From positions 1 to 64,000 of the forward strand of contig JBIOIY010000008.1 in assembly GCA_044450345.1 (NCBI GenBank): DNA of 64,000 nucleotides, read 5' to 3'. The notes below the pieces were generated by a model. That model was not told where the DNA came from, ran no database searches, and worked only from the letters and a program-made list of their open reading frames with translations. Positions within the stretch are counted from its first letter, which is position 1. Each line of letters starts with the position of its first letter. The DNA is from Thermodesulfovibrionales bacterium. GTDB lineage: Bacteria; Nitrospirota; Thermodesulfovibrionia; Thermodesulfovibrionales; UBA6898. A program made the translations under genes and the position numbers. Shown one piece after another: positions 41,093-50,596 of this stretch.

Positions 41093-41349
41093 AGACCATT
41101 TTAAAGACTGGACAGAGTCTTTCGCAAGGGGACCCGCACCCATGGGGAGCAGATTTGAGAGCGGCAATGCCGAGATGGCACTTTTGCCTTAACATGGTGT
41201 TGGTGTCTCATAGTCATTGACATAGTCCGTGTATCGCGGTAAGCTTTGAAAAAAGCAGAATATGTTGAAAAGAGAATGTTTTTCTCATTTGTCGCAATCG
41301 GGACCTCAATCCCATATCGATATGCTAAATATGCGTAATGGAGGTTTCT

Positions 41350-41796
41350 ATGAATAGAATTCTGTCCCTGCTACTTTTTTTTGTTGTTCTCCTTGCGACT
41401 GTTGTCAACGCATCAGATGAATCTGCCGGAAGCCTGAGAAAGAAGAAAGGAGACGTTCTCATTGAGCGGAACGGAAACATCGTTAAAGCAGAAGATGGCA
41501 CTTCCGTATACCCAAATGATACCGTTAGGACAGGTGCGGACGGCTCTGTGGGAATTATTTTCAAGGATAACTCAAGAATAGGCCTTGGACCGAACTCTCG
41601 CTTGGATTTAAAGAAGTTTGTCTTTAAGCCGGCCCAGGGGCAATTCTCTATGGTTAACAAGCTGACAAAAGGAACTGCCTCATTCGTTTCAGGAAAGATG
41701 ACAAAGCTATCGCCGGAGTCTGTCATCCTTGAGACCCCGACAGCTACAATTGGTGTCCGTGGCACTACATACAATATTAAGATTAATGAAGACTAA
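41350..41796 (+). CDS. Secreted FecR-domain protein
   Basis: Signal peptide; DTVRTG, FKDNSRI, TPTATIGVRGT. Confidence 0.85.
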   Translation: MNRILSLLLFFVVLLATVVNASDESAGSLRKKKGDVLIERNGNIVKAEDGTSVYPNDTVRTGADGSVGIIFKDNSRIGLGPNSRLDLKKFVFKPAQGQFSMVNKLTKGTASFVSGKMTKLSPESVILETPTATIGVRGTTYNIKINED

Positions 41797-41843
41797 ATGC
41801 CCCCAATTCTTCATGCGTGCCAGTAAAAGGAGCATGCGATGCG

Positions 41844-42473
41844 ATGTGGAGTAATCTTCTTGTCCTCTTGGTCTTATTTATTATATCAAGCTGTGCAACC
41901 GTAAAAGACACGGTTATTCCTGTTCAGGATACCGTAAAGGACATGGTTGTTCTTGTTCAGGATGCCGATGGTACGGTCGGGCAACTAACAGTTACTACCA
42001 AGGGTGGGACTAAGACGCTTACCGTCCCAAATACAATGGTAGAGGTCACCGGAGTTGGGAAGAGCCCGTCTGATCCCAAGAATATAGACCAAGGCCGAAT
42101 TGATTCATTCTTCACTGATTCCATCAAAGCCCTTCCCCCTGAGTCGGTCAGTTTTCTTTTATATTTTTTGCACAACTCAACGGAACTGACTGCCGAGTCA
42201 AAGTCTTATATTCCTGAAGTCCTGTCTTTGGTCGGTAAAAGAGAATTCTATGAAATAAGCATTATTGGCCATACAGATACAACCGGGACCGATGAGTACA
42301 ATATGAGATTGTCATCCACCCGCGCCGAGGCTGTCCGGGACATACTTCTCTCTAACGGCATTCGTTCTGGTCAGATGGAGCTCAGATATCACGGGAAGCG
42401 GGATCCAATTGTTCCAACGGGGGACAATGTGAGAGAACCACGTAATCGCAGAGTTGAAGTCATTGTAAAATAG
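41844..42473 (+). CDS. OmpA-family lipoprotein
   Basis: Lipobox ISSC; GHTD..N..LS..RA; NRRVEV. Confidence 0.9.
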   Translation: MWSNLLVLLVLFIISSCATVKDTVIPVQDTVKDMVVLVQDADGTVGQLTVTTKGGTKTLTVPNTMVEVTGVGKSPSDPKNIDQGRIDSFFTDSIKALPPESVSFLLYFLHNSTELTAESKSYIPEVLSLVGKREFYEISIIGHTDTTGTDEYNMRLSSTRAEAVRDILLSNGIRSGQMELRYHGKRDPIVPTGDNVREPRNRRVEVIVK

Positions 42474-42482
42474 CCAGCCATA

Positions 42483-44519
42483 ATGTACGCTTTACGCCGA
42501 GTATCTTCCTATGTCCAGTGGATCCAAAAGAGCAAGGAACATGTTCTCATTATTCTCTGCGGAATCGCGTTGACCTGTGTTGTTGCCTTCTTATATTTAT
42601 TCCAGCCTCTTCTGCTTTCGACACTCGATCTTAAAATATACGACACCCTGCTCAAATCGCGTTCCGGACGCGCTGCATCCGGCAGTATCGTTATTGTTGA
42701 CGTAGATTCAAAAAGCCTTGCACAGTATGGACAATGGCCGTGGCCGCGATACCGGATAGCACAGTTGATAGACAACTTGCGCGAAATGGGAGCCCTAAGT
42801 GTCGGTGTTGATGTCCTGTTTGCCGAGCCCGACAGAAGTTCGCTGCGCAATATACAAAAGAATATTTCGGCAGACTTCAACTACACTGTTAACCTCTCAG
42901 GGGTTCCCCGGCAATATATCGACAATGACGCGCTGCTGGCGGAGGCGCTCAGAAAAGGTTCTTTTGTACTTGGGTACCAGTTTTTATTTGGGGAGCATAT
43001 AGAAAAAAGGTGCACACTTCATCCAGTCAATTTATTGCTCAGGAAGGAACACGAGGTGCCGGATTCTGTGAACGGCCTTTTCAAACCGTCTTCTGTCGAT
43101 TGCCTATATCAGCCGCTCGCTGAGGCAACTCCAGCTTCAGGTTTTTTCAATATAAAACCCGATCACGACGGAATTATTCGCAGAGTCCCCCTCATAATGG
43201 AATACGATGGTCGATTCTATGCCCACCTCTCATTAGCCGTGCTTCTTTCAGCAGTCAAGCCGGAACACATGGTATTAACTGTTGGCCAAGCAGGAACAGA
43301 AAGTCTCTCTATTGACAGCGTTGAGATCCCGCTTGAACACAAAGGATCCTTCTTGATTCCATTTCACGGTCCACACGGAACATATCGCCACATCTCGGCT
43401 TCCGATATTCTGAACGGCACAACCGAAGCTCGGGAGATTGAAGCACACATCGTGATCATCGGAGTGGCAGCGCCCGGCTTGTCGGATATCAGCGCTACGC
43501 CAACCGACCCGACAATGGCTGGGGTAGAGGTGCACGCGAACATCATCGACGCCATTTTGCAAGGTGATTTTCTTGTGCGGCCGAAGGCTGCTGTTGTGTA
43601 TGAATTTAGTGCCGTTGTTTTTTTCGGGTTGCTTTCAACAATTCTTTTTGCTCGCCGCAAGGCAGTTGCAAATCTGACTTGTTTGATTCTCTTTGCGTTG
43701 GTCGCGGTAATCCTGACTGTTTTCCTCTTCCGACACGGACTTTATCTTTCTCCACTCTACCCTATACTGGCCTACACTTCAAACTTTTCCTTATTATCGT
43801 TTCTCGATTTCTGGCGCGAAGAGCGCTTGCTAAAGGAAAAGACCAGGCTACAATTAACAACGCAGGAAGCAATGCTTGAAACTATTGCCGATATCACCGA
43901 AACGCGAGATCCAGAGACAGGCTACCACATTAGACGAACCCGCAGCTATGTGAAGGCTCTCGCCGAGCATATCAGAAACAAACCGGCATATATAGACACA
44001 GTGAATGATGCCTATATTGAACATCTTTTTCGCTCTGCACCACTCCATGACTTAGGCAAAGTAGGCGTACCAGATCACATTCTGCTTAAGACTGGGCGAC
44101 TGACCGCCGAAGAGCTCGAAGAGATAAAGAAGCACACGCGGTATGGAAAAAAAATCATCGACTCCGCACAGGCTAAACTTGGGGCTACTTCCTTTTTAAG
44201 GCTCGCAGGAGAAATGGCTTTCTCTCATCATGAACACTGGGATGGAAAAGGATACCCGAACGGACTCAAAGGTGAGGAGATTCCATTGTCCGGGAGAATC
44301 ATGGCGATAGCAGACGTGTATGATGCTCTCATATCGGGCCGTTCATACAAAGGAGGCATTTCCCACGAAAAAGCAGTAGAAATCATTTTGGCCGGACGTG
44401 GTTCGCAATTCGATCCACAACTCACCGACGCTTTTGGGGAGATGCACGCTACATTCCACGCAATTGCTGAGCAATTTGCTGATGCTAGTGTTAATGAATC
44501 GCTTCATTCGACAACTTAG
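42483..44519 (+). CDS. CHASE2 sensor fused to an HD-GYP phosphodiesterase
   Basis: GQWPWPR, DGIIRRVP, GVEVHA; RDPETG.H, LHDLGK, HHEHWDGKGYP. Confidence 0.92.
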   Translation: MYALRRVSSYVQWIQKSKEHVLIILCGIALTCVVAFLYLFQPLLLSTLDLKIYDTLLKSRSGRAASGSIVIVDVDSKSLAQYGQWPWPRYRIAQLIDNLREMGALSVGVDVLFAEPDRSSLRNIQKNISADFNYTVNLSGVPRQYIDNDALLAEALRKGSFVLGYQFLFGEHIEKRCTLHPVNLLLRKEHEVPDSVNGLFKPSSVDCLYQPLAEATPASGFFNIKPDHDGIIRRVPLIMEYDGRFYAHLSLAVLLSAVKPEHMVLTVGQAGTESLSIDSVEIPLEHKGSFLIPFHGPHGTYRHISASDILNGTTEAREIEAHIVIIGVAAPGLSDISATPTDPTMAGVEVHANIIDAILQGDFLVRPKAAVVYEFSAVVFFGLLSTILFARRKAVANLTCLILFALVAVILTVFLFRHGLYLSPLYPILAYTSNFSLLSFLDFWREERLLKEKTRLQLTTQEAMLETIADITETRDPETGYHIRRTRSYVKALAEHIRNKPAYIDTVNDAYIEHLFRSAPLHDLGKVGVPDHILLKTGRLTAEELEEIKKHTRYGKKIIDSAQAKLGATSFLRLAGEMAFSHHEHWDGKGYPNGLKGEEIPLSGRIMAIADVYDALISGRSYKGGISHEKAVEIILAGRGSQFDPQLTDAFGEMHATFHAIAEQFADASVNESLHSTT

Positions 44520-44568
44520 AAAACGGTTCATCTATCATACGTAATTAAGAATCTCTTTTTAATCAAGG

Positions 44569-44650
44569 AATTCCTCGATGCTCTGCATCGGGGTCAGAAG
44601 TTCCTTGCCGTTTCTCGATACCCCGCAGCTCTTCTGCGGGGTAGTCCATT
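44569..44650. mobile_element. Non-autonomous two-hairpin element resembling IS200/IS605 ends
   Basis: CCTCGATGCTCTGCATCGGGG and TACCCCGCAG-CTGCGGGGTA hairpins. Confidence 0.55.
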
Positions 44651-44833
44651 TAGGGACATAGAGGAACAAAAAAGAGGGGAGGGCTACTTATTTTGGGAAT
44701 GGTTAAGGTAGACAACTAGGGACAAATAGGATCAGCGTTATCTTCAGTTACGACCGGAAATCTGCTGTGTTAAGATAAGCCTGTGCGGACGCGGGAATGA
44801 CGCATAGAAGCAAACAGTAGACAGACACTAAGC

Positions 44834-44871
44834 AAAAACGGCCGGCTCACTTTAACCGCGAGCCGGCCGTT
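44834..44871 (-). terminator. Rho-independent terminator of adk
   Basis: AACGGCCGGCTC...GAGCCGGCCGTT stem followed by a T run on the minus strand. Confidence 0.8.
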
Positions 44872-44891
44872 GTATCGTTGAAGCTAAGATA

Positions 44892-45569
44892 CTAAGACAA
44901 CTGGGCCATCAACTTTTCTGAAACCGCGTTGATCGGAGGTGCGCCGTCTACTGTTATCACCTTAGGCCCGGTGATCTTCTTGAAGTAATTGACCGCTGCC
45001 ATCGTGCCTGTTTTCGTGTCGTAGTAGATGTCGTGTCTCTTGTTGATGGCTCCTGCATCCTGGTCATCCGCCCTCGTCTTCAGTTCCCCTCCGCATACGC
45101 GGCAGACGAGCTTCCCGTCTTTTTCCACAGGTTTGATCGCATCGATATGGATATGGTTCGGATGGTTGTTGTCGTTGACGCAGAGCCTCCTTCCCATGAT
45201 CCTGTCTGCTGCGGTCTTACGGTCAAGCGATATTTCGATGACATAGCCGAGGTTGATATTGGCATCCTTGAGCGCCTTATGCAGCGTCTCGGCCTGCACC
45301 AGGTTCCTCGGGAACCCGTCCAAAAGCCAGCCCTTCTTGCAGTCATCTTCTTTCAATCTGTCGAGGATCATCGGGATGGTGATGTCGTCCGGCACGAGGT
45401 CCCCCCTGTCGATATACACCTTCGCCTTTTTGCCGAGTTCCGTCCCTCCGCCTATATTCTTTCTGAATATGGCGCCTGACTCCACGTGAGTTACCCCGTA
45501 CTTCTTCTGGATAATCGCACCTTGTGTCCCCTTGCCGCTTCCATTAGGACCAAAAATCAAGATATTCAT
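44892..45569 (-). CDS. adk: Adenylate kinase (C..H..CxxC LID type)
   Basis: GPNGSGKGTQ, LDGFPR, RRLC..NH..CRVCGG..RADD. Confidence 0.96.
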   Translation of the reverse strand: MNILIFGPNGSGKGTQGAIIQKKYGVTHVESGAIFRKNIGGGTELGKKAKVYIDRGDLVPDDITIPMILDRLKEDDCKKGWLLDGFPRNLVQAETLHKALKDANINLGYVIEISLDRKTAADRIMGRRLCVNDNNHPNHIHIDAIKPVEKDGKLVCRVCGGELKTRADDQDAGAINKRHDIYYDTKTGTMAAVNYFKKITGPKVITVDGAPPINAVSEKLMAQLS

Positions 45570-45696
45570 GTTGCTCTCCTTTCGAAAAAAATATTTCTCA
45601 CCTCTCAAATTTACCGCAGAAAAAATGCCCGATAGAAACTATAACAGAAATCGGCGAATTATTTCGAGTAGGGAAGCAACTAAATACATTAATGCC

Positions 45697-45756
45697 GTCA
45701 TTCCCGCTTGTCGGGAATCTTTCTCCAAAGAAGGATGCCGGACAAGCCGGCATGAC
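45697..45756. repeat. GTCATTCC...GG(A/C)ATGAC palindromic element
   Basis: Terminal inverted repeats; second copy at 55763-55856. Confidence 0.85.
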
Positions 45757-45846
45757 AAATCGAGAAGCGCTTCGCTCTTTCATCTTCTTAATGCCGAAGT
45801 ATTAATTGCGATTTACACGCCTCCACTCATGCGGGTATAATCACCC

Positions 45847-48486
45847 ATGGACCTTTACCTCATCGACGGGAATTCATATGTCTACCGTGCGTTCTATGCA
45901 ATTAAAGGGCTGACGAATTCAAAGGGTTTCCCGACAAACGCCGCATTCGGCTTCACAAATATGCTGCTGAAGATAATAAGAGAAAAAACCCCCGGCGGTC
46001 TTGCGGTCTGCTTTGACTCGCCGGCCCGGACGGAGAGACATGAGCTCTTCGAAGACTACAAGGCGCACAGACCCGAGGCCCCATCAGAGCTGGTGGCCCA
46101 GCTTCCCTATATCAGGAAAATCATATCAGCTTTTCGTATCATGACCTTCGAGGTCCCGGGCTACGAAGCCGATGACCTCATCGGCACCATAGCGAAAAGG
46201 GCGGCACAGGAGGGAAACAGGGTCTTTATTGTGACGGGGGACAAGGACATGCTTCAACTCGTGGATGAGAATATCAAGATATACGATCCGATGAAGGAAA
46301 GGGTCCTCGACGCGGACTACGTCACGGAAAAGTTCGGCGTCGGACCCGGGAGGGTGACTGAATTTATGGCCCTTACCGGCGACCCCGTAGACAATATCCC
46401 CGGGATTAAGGGTGTAGGGGAAAAGACGGCGAAGGAACTCCTCTCCCATTTCGAAAGCATAGAGGACCTGCTGGATCACCCCGAACGCATAAAAAAGGAA
46501 AGGCTGAGAGAGATGGTCTCTTCGGGCAGGGACATCATACTTCTGAGCAAGAGGCTGGCGACTATCGACGTATCTGTCCCGCTCGATATCGAAGTGGGTG
46601 ATTTCCTTCTGGGTGAACCGGATTGGCTTTCCCTTCTTTCCCTCTTCAGAGAACTCGAACTTTCGACTTTTATGAAGCTCATCCCCTCAGCCGAAACAGT
46701 CCGGAAGCACGAAACGATCGACTCTCCGGAAAGGCTTGAAGAGGTCCTTTCTTCAGTCGGAGATGAGGTCGCCTTCGATACGGAGGCAACCGGCAGGAAC
46801 CCCCTGACCGACCATCTTGTGGGGATCGCCTTCTGCTATAACAAAGAGAAGGCTTATTATGTGCCGGTCTCGCATTCTTATCCCGGCGCGGAGAAGCAGC
46901 CTGACAAGGATGACGTATTTCACCATATCCGCCCTCTGCTTGGGAACAGGGAGATTGCGAAGATAGGCCACAACCTAAAATATGACGTCATGCTTTTGGG
47001 ACAGGAAGGGGTCGCCGTTGCAGGCAGGTTATACGACACGATGATCGCGGCCTATCTCCTGAATCCCAACAAGGCCGGCCACAGCCTCGAGGAGGTGTCT
47101 TTCGAATACCTTTCATCGAAGAAGAAGTCTTTTGTCGAGGTATTGAAGAAGCGGAAGTCTTTTGCCGAGGTGACCATTGAAGAAGCGACTGCTTACGCGG
47201 CCGAAGATGCGGCCCTCAGTCTCGAACTGCGGGATGTGCTGTTTGAGAAGCTCCGCGGGGAGGGCCTCGAAAAAGTCTACCAGGACATCGAGATGCCTCT
47301 CATCGAAGTGCTCGTGGGGGTGGAGAAGGCCGGGATCAAGGTTGACGCGGTCCTTTTGAAAGACCTGGCGGATGAGATGGCTATTGAGATAGAGAGCATC
47401 CAAAAGAGGATATTCTTCCTTGCCGGAGAAGAATTCAACATTAACTCACCGAAGCAGCTGAGCAAGATCCTGTTTCAGAGCCTCGGATTGAACCCCTCGA
47501 AGAGGACGAAGACGGGTTTCTCCACAGGCATGGACGTCCTGGAAGAGCTTGCCGAACATCACGACCTTCCGATGGAGGTGCTGCATTACCGGAGCCTTAC
47601 AAAACTCAAGACAACATACCTCGACGTCCTGCCCTCGCTCGTTAATCCGGAAACCGGACGTGTCCATACTTCTTTCAACCAGACTGCCACGGCCACGGGG
47701 AGGCTGAGCAGCAGCGACCCGAACCTCCAGAATATCCCGATACGGGGCGAATGGGGAAAACGCATCCGGCAGGCATTCGTCGCAGAGGAGGGCAACCTCC
47801 TGCTTTCTGCCGATTATTCACAGGTCGAATTGAGGGTGCTCGCGCATATCAGCGGAGATGAAGGACTCCGTGAGGCTTTTCACAAGGGGCTCGACATCCA
47901 TTCAAGGACAGCGGCCGAACTCTTCGCAGTCCCCTTCGATGAGGTGACGCCGGAGATGAGGAGGACCGCAAAGACCGTAAACTTCGGCGTTATATATGGG
48001 ATTTCTGCCTTCGGGCTTTCGGAGACATTGAATATAGAGAGAGGGGACGCACAGAAATATATCAACCAGTACTTCGACCGCCATCCCGGCGTCAGGAAAT
48101 ACACGGAACGTGTCCTTGAGGAAGCGAAGGAGCGGGGCTGCGTGGCCACACTTTTCGGGAGGAAAAGGCCGGTCCCTGAACTGAAAAGCTACAACAAAAA
48201 CACGAGGCAGCAGGGCGAAAGACTTGCGGTAAATTCTCCTATACAGGGGACGGCCGCGGACATCATCAAGATTGCGATGATAAGGATATGGAAAAGGTTC
48301 CGGGAAGAAGCGGTCCGGGCAAAGATGATTTTGCAGGTGCATGATGAACTTTTGTTCGAGTTCCAAGAGCACGAACTGGAAAAAGTGCGTGTCATCGTAA
48401 GAGAAGAAATGGAAGGGGCGGCGACATTGTCCGTGCCTTTAAAGGTCGAAATGGGCCATGGCAGGAACTGGGCCGAGGCACATTAA
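45847..48486 (+). CDS. polA: DNA polymerase I
   Basis: LIDGNS, YEADD, DNIPG, GRLSSSDPNLQN, DYSQVELR, QVHDE. Confidence 0.98.
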   Translation: MDLYLIDGNSYVYRAFYAIKGLTNSKGFPTNAAFGFTNMLLKIIREKTPGGLAVCFDSPARTERHELFEDYKAHRPEAPSELVAQLPYIRKIISAFRIMTFEVPGYEADDLIGTIAKRAAQEGNRVFIVTGDKDMLQLVDENIKIYDPMKERVLDADYVTEKFGVGPGRVTEFMALTGDPVDNIPGIKGVGEKTAKELLSHFESIEDLLDHPERIKKERLREMVSSGRDIILLSKRLATIDVSVPLDIEVGDFLLGEPDWLSLLSLFRELELSTFMKLIPSAETVRKHETIDSPERLEEVLSSVGDEVAFDTEATGRNPLTDHLVGIAFCYNKEKAYYVPVSHSYPGAEKQPDKDDVFHHIRPLLGNREIAKIGHNLKYDVMLLGQEGVAVAGRLYDTMIAAYLLNPNKAGHSLEEVSFEYLSSKKKSFVEVLKKRKSFAEVTIEEATAYAAEDAALSLELRDVLFEKLRGEGLEKVYQDIEMPLIEVLVGVEKAGIKVDAVLLKDLADEMAIEIESIQKRIFFLAGEEFNINSPKQLSKILFQSLGLNPSKRTKTGFSTGMDVLEELAEHHDLPMEVLHYRSLTKLKTTYLDVLPSLVNPETGRVHTSFNQTATATGRLSSSDPNLQNIPIRGEWGKRIRQAFVAEEGNLLLSADYSQVELRVLAHISGDEGLREAFHKGLDIHSRTAAELFAVPFDEVTPEMRRTAKTVNFGVIYGISAFGLSETLNIERGDAQKYINQYFDRHPGVRKYTERVLEEAKERGCVATLFGRKRPVPELKSYNKNTRQQGERLAVNSPIQGTAADIIKIAMIRIWKRFREEAVRAKMILQVHDELLFEFQEHELEKVRVIVREEMEGAATLSVPLKVEMGHGRNWAEAH

Positions 48487-48534
48487 AGACTGTATTAACC
48501 CCTGTCTTATCTGATAGAATAGCGCTTGGAAAGC

Positions 48535-49512
48535 ATGAAAACAAACACGAAGGGAAAGACCGTTGTCCCATCAAAAAAGGCGGCGGCAAGGAAACCCGGC
48601 CGAAGGAATAATCATACCTCCCGTGCCTCGACTGAAAATAAGGAGAAACCCGCAGGAAAGCCTTCCGTAAAATCCCCGGAAAAAGAAAAAAAGTCCGCCT
48701 TTTCAAAAAAAACTGCAAAGAAATCATTAAAGGCCGAGAAAAAATTACCCGCAGGTCCTGCGCCGGACGCAAAAAAGGCGTCCGTGAAGAAGGCCCCGGC
48801 AAGGTCGCCAAAGATCGATGCAGAGGCGGTCAAAAAGAAGGCACCGCCGCCTAAGACCAAGACCGTAAGAAAAACAGCAGCAAAGATTGCCCTCCCTAAA
48901 GCTTCCCGGACCCCCAGGGAATCTTCTCCAAAAACAAAGGGGAAGATTCCGGAAAAAATAAAAGTAAAAAATACTGCCGGGACAAAGAAGATCGGAGGCC
49001 GGCCCGTTAAACCCGCTACGTCAAGACAACGGAGAAAGGTCAGTAGCCCGGCAAAGGGCCCGGAGAAAAAAAGTACTTCACGGATAAAAGGCAAAGATGA
49101 ATTTAATACTACTACCCGTACACAATTGCCTGACGAATATGGTGAGAACGATCTTATCCTGATGGCTGTGGACCCCGACGTTGTCTTTGTAGACTGGGAG
49201 ATAAAAAAGGAAGAGGCGCCGGAGGGGAAGGACGGGTTCACGATGCGCGTATTCGATGTTGCCGGGGGTGAATCCGCGAGATTGCGCAGGGAGAGTTATT
49301 TCGATATTAAGCTAGAGGGCAGGGTCGGGAGCGGTTTTTTTGCGTTAGGGATGCCGGGCAGGGAGGTGGCTGTCGAAATAGGGTTCTTTGACAAAAGTAG
49401 GTTTATGCCGGTCTTAAGTTCCAGGGTTTTGTCGATGCCCAGACTGCTTGTATCAGATGAACTCGGGATCGCCAAGAAATTGTTTGAATCCGGGATCCCC
49501 ATCGGATACTGA
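48535..49512 (+). CDS. DUF4912-like protein with long Lys/Pro-rich N-terminus
   Basis: LPDEYGE..L.LMAVDP..VFVDWE, VEIG. Confidence 0.75.
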   Translation: MKTNTKGKTVVPSKKAAARKPGRRNNHTSRASTENKEKPAGKPSVKSPEKEKKSAFSKKTAKKSLKAEKKLPAGPAPDAKKASVKKAPARSPKIDAEAVKKKAPPPKTKTVRKTAAKIALPKASRTPRESSPKTKGKIPEKIKVKNTAGTKKIGGRPVKPATSRQRRKVSSPAKGPEKKSTSRIKGKDEFNTTTRTQLPDEYGENDLILMAVDPDVVFVDWEIKKEEAPEGKDGFTMRVFDVAGGESARLRRESYFDIKLEGRVGSGFFALGMPGREVAVEIGFFDKSRFMPVLSSRVLSMPRLLVSDELGIAKKLFESGIPIGY

Positions 49513-49613
49513 ACTCAATTGTGTTTTTAGGGCGCAATAAGGTAAAATTAAATTTGTTTGCGATACTTCAACGCCGTGGAAGTATTTGTTTTTAAATCAA
49601 TTTTGGGCATTCG

Positions 49614-49784
49614 ATGAAAGAAAAGCTAAAGGAAGAGATGCTGAAGAGGGCTGTAAACGGAAGACTCTCCTGCGCCGCAGCGAGAGAGGTGGCCGAAAAA
49701 TTAGGCCTTCCCTATAAAGAAGTGGGCATTGCCGCCAACGAATTAGGGATAAAGATCAAAGATTGCCAGCTGGGTTGCTTCTGA
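49614..49784 (+). CDS. Small protein (56 aa, CQLGCF C-terminus), not in the ORF track
   Basis: MKEKLKEEMLKRAVNGRLSCAAAREVAEKLG...IKIKDCQLGCF; TGATG overlap with ccsA. Confidence 0.8.
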   Translation: MKEKLKEEMLKRAVNGRLSCAAAREVAEKLGLPYKEVGIAANELGIKIKDCQLGCF

Positions 49785-50596
49785 TGGAAATATACCTCTT
49801 CGAAATCGCGCTCACCTTCTATTTTGCGGCTGCTATCGTCTGCGTGCTGGAGCTCTTCAAGGGAACAAGGACTACCTCCATCATCATGCTGAGTCTTGCG
49901 GTCATCGGGTTTCTTTTCCATACTTCAAATATTATAGCCCGCTATGTGATTTCAGGGCATATACCTATTGCAAACCTCCATGAGGCGGCCTCTTTCTTTT
50001 CGTGGTGCATCGTCATGCTATTTTTGTTCCTTGAATACCGGTACAGGATCGGTCTGCTCGGCTCCTTTATCATGCCTGTCGTATTCATTCTCATGCTGTC
50101 GTCGTCGATGCTGCCCCGCAAGATAGAACCCCTCAGCCCGGTGCTGCAGAGTTATTGGCTCGGGATACATACCGTACTGGCCTTCCTCGGGGACGCAGCC
50201 TTTGCCATGGCCTTCGGGATTGGTATTATGTACCTCTTGCAGGAACATTTTGTAAAATCAAGGCACCTGGGCGGACTGTTCCAAAGGCTGCCGAGCCTCC
50301 AGATACTCGACGAAATCAACTACAAGCTCATCACCCTCGGGTTCCCTCTCCTGACCCTTGCGATCATAACCGGCGCCTTATGGGCTGAAAGCGCCTGGGG
50401 GAGTTATTGGAGGTGGGACCCGAAGGAGGTCTGGTCTTTGATCACCTGGTTCATTTACGCCGTAGTACTTCATGTGAGGCTCATCGCCGGCTGGAGAGGG
50501 AAACGGGCAGCTGTACTCTCTATCTTCGGTTTCTGCGTCGTACTCTTTACTTTCTTCGGCGTTAACTTTATCTTGCAGAGCAAACACGTATTCTGA
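49784..50596 (+). CDS. ccsA: Cytochrome c assembly protein (system II CcsA/CcsB)
   Basis: GALWAESAWGSYWRWDPKEVWS. Confidence 0.92.
   Translation: MEIYLFEIALTFYFAAAIVCVLELFKGTRTTSIIMLSLAVIGFLFHTSNIIARYVISGHIPIANLHEAASFFSWCIVMLFLFLEYRYRIGLLGSFIMPVVFILMLSSSMLPRKIEPLSPVLQSYWLGIHTVLAFLGDAAFAMAFGIGIMYLLQEHFVKSRHLGGLFQRLPSLQILDEINYKLITLGFPLLTLAIITGALWAESAWGSYWRWDPKEVWSLITWFIYAVVLHVRLIAGWRGKRAAVLSIFGFCVVLFTFFGVNFILQSKHVF

Noticed and set aside
41105..41200. tRNA, 6S RNA or c-di-GMP riboswitch upstream of mutL/fecR
   Set aside because: Only a short hairpin; no cloverleaf, 6S or GEMM consensus recognised
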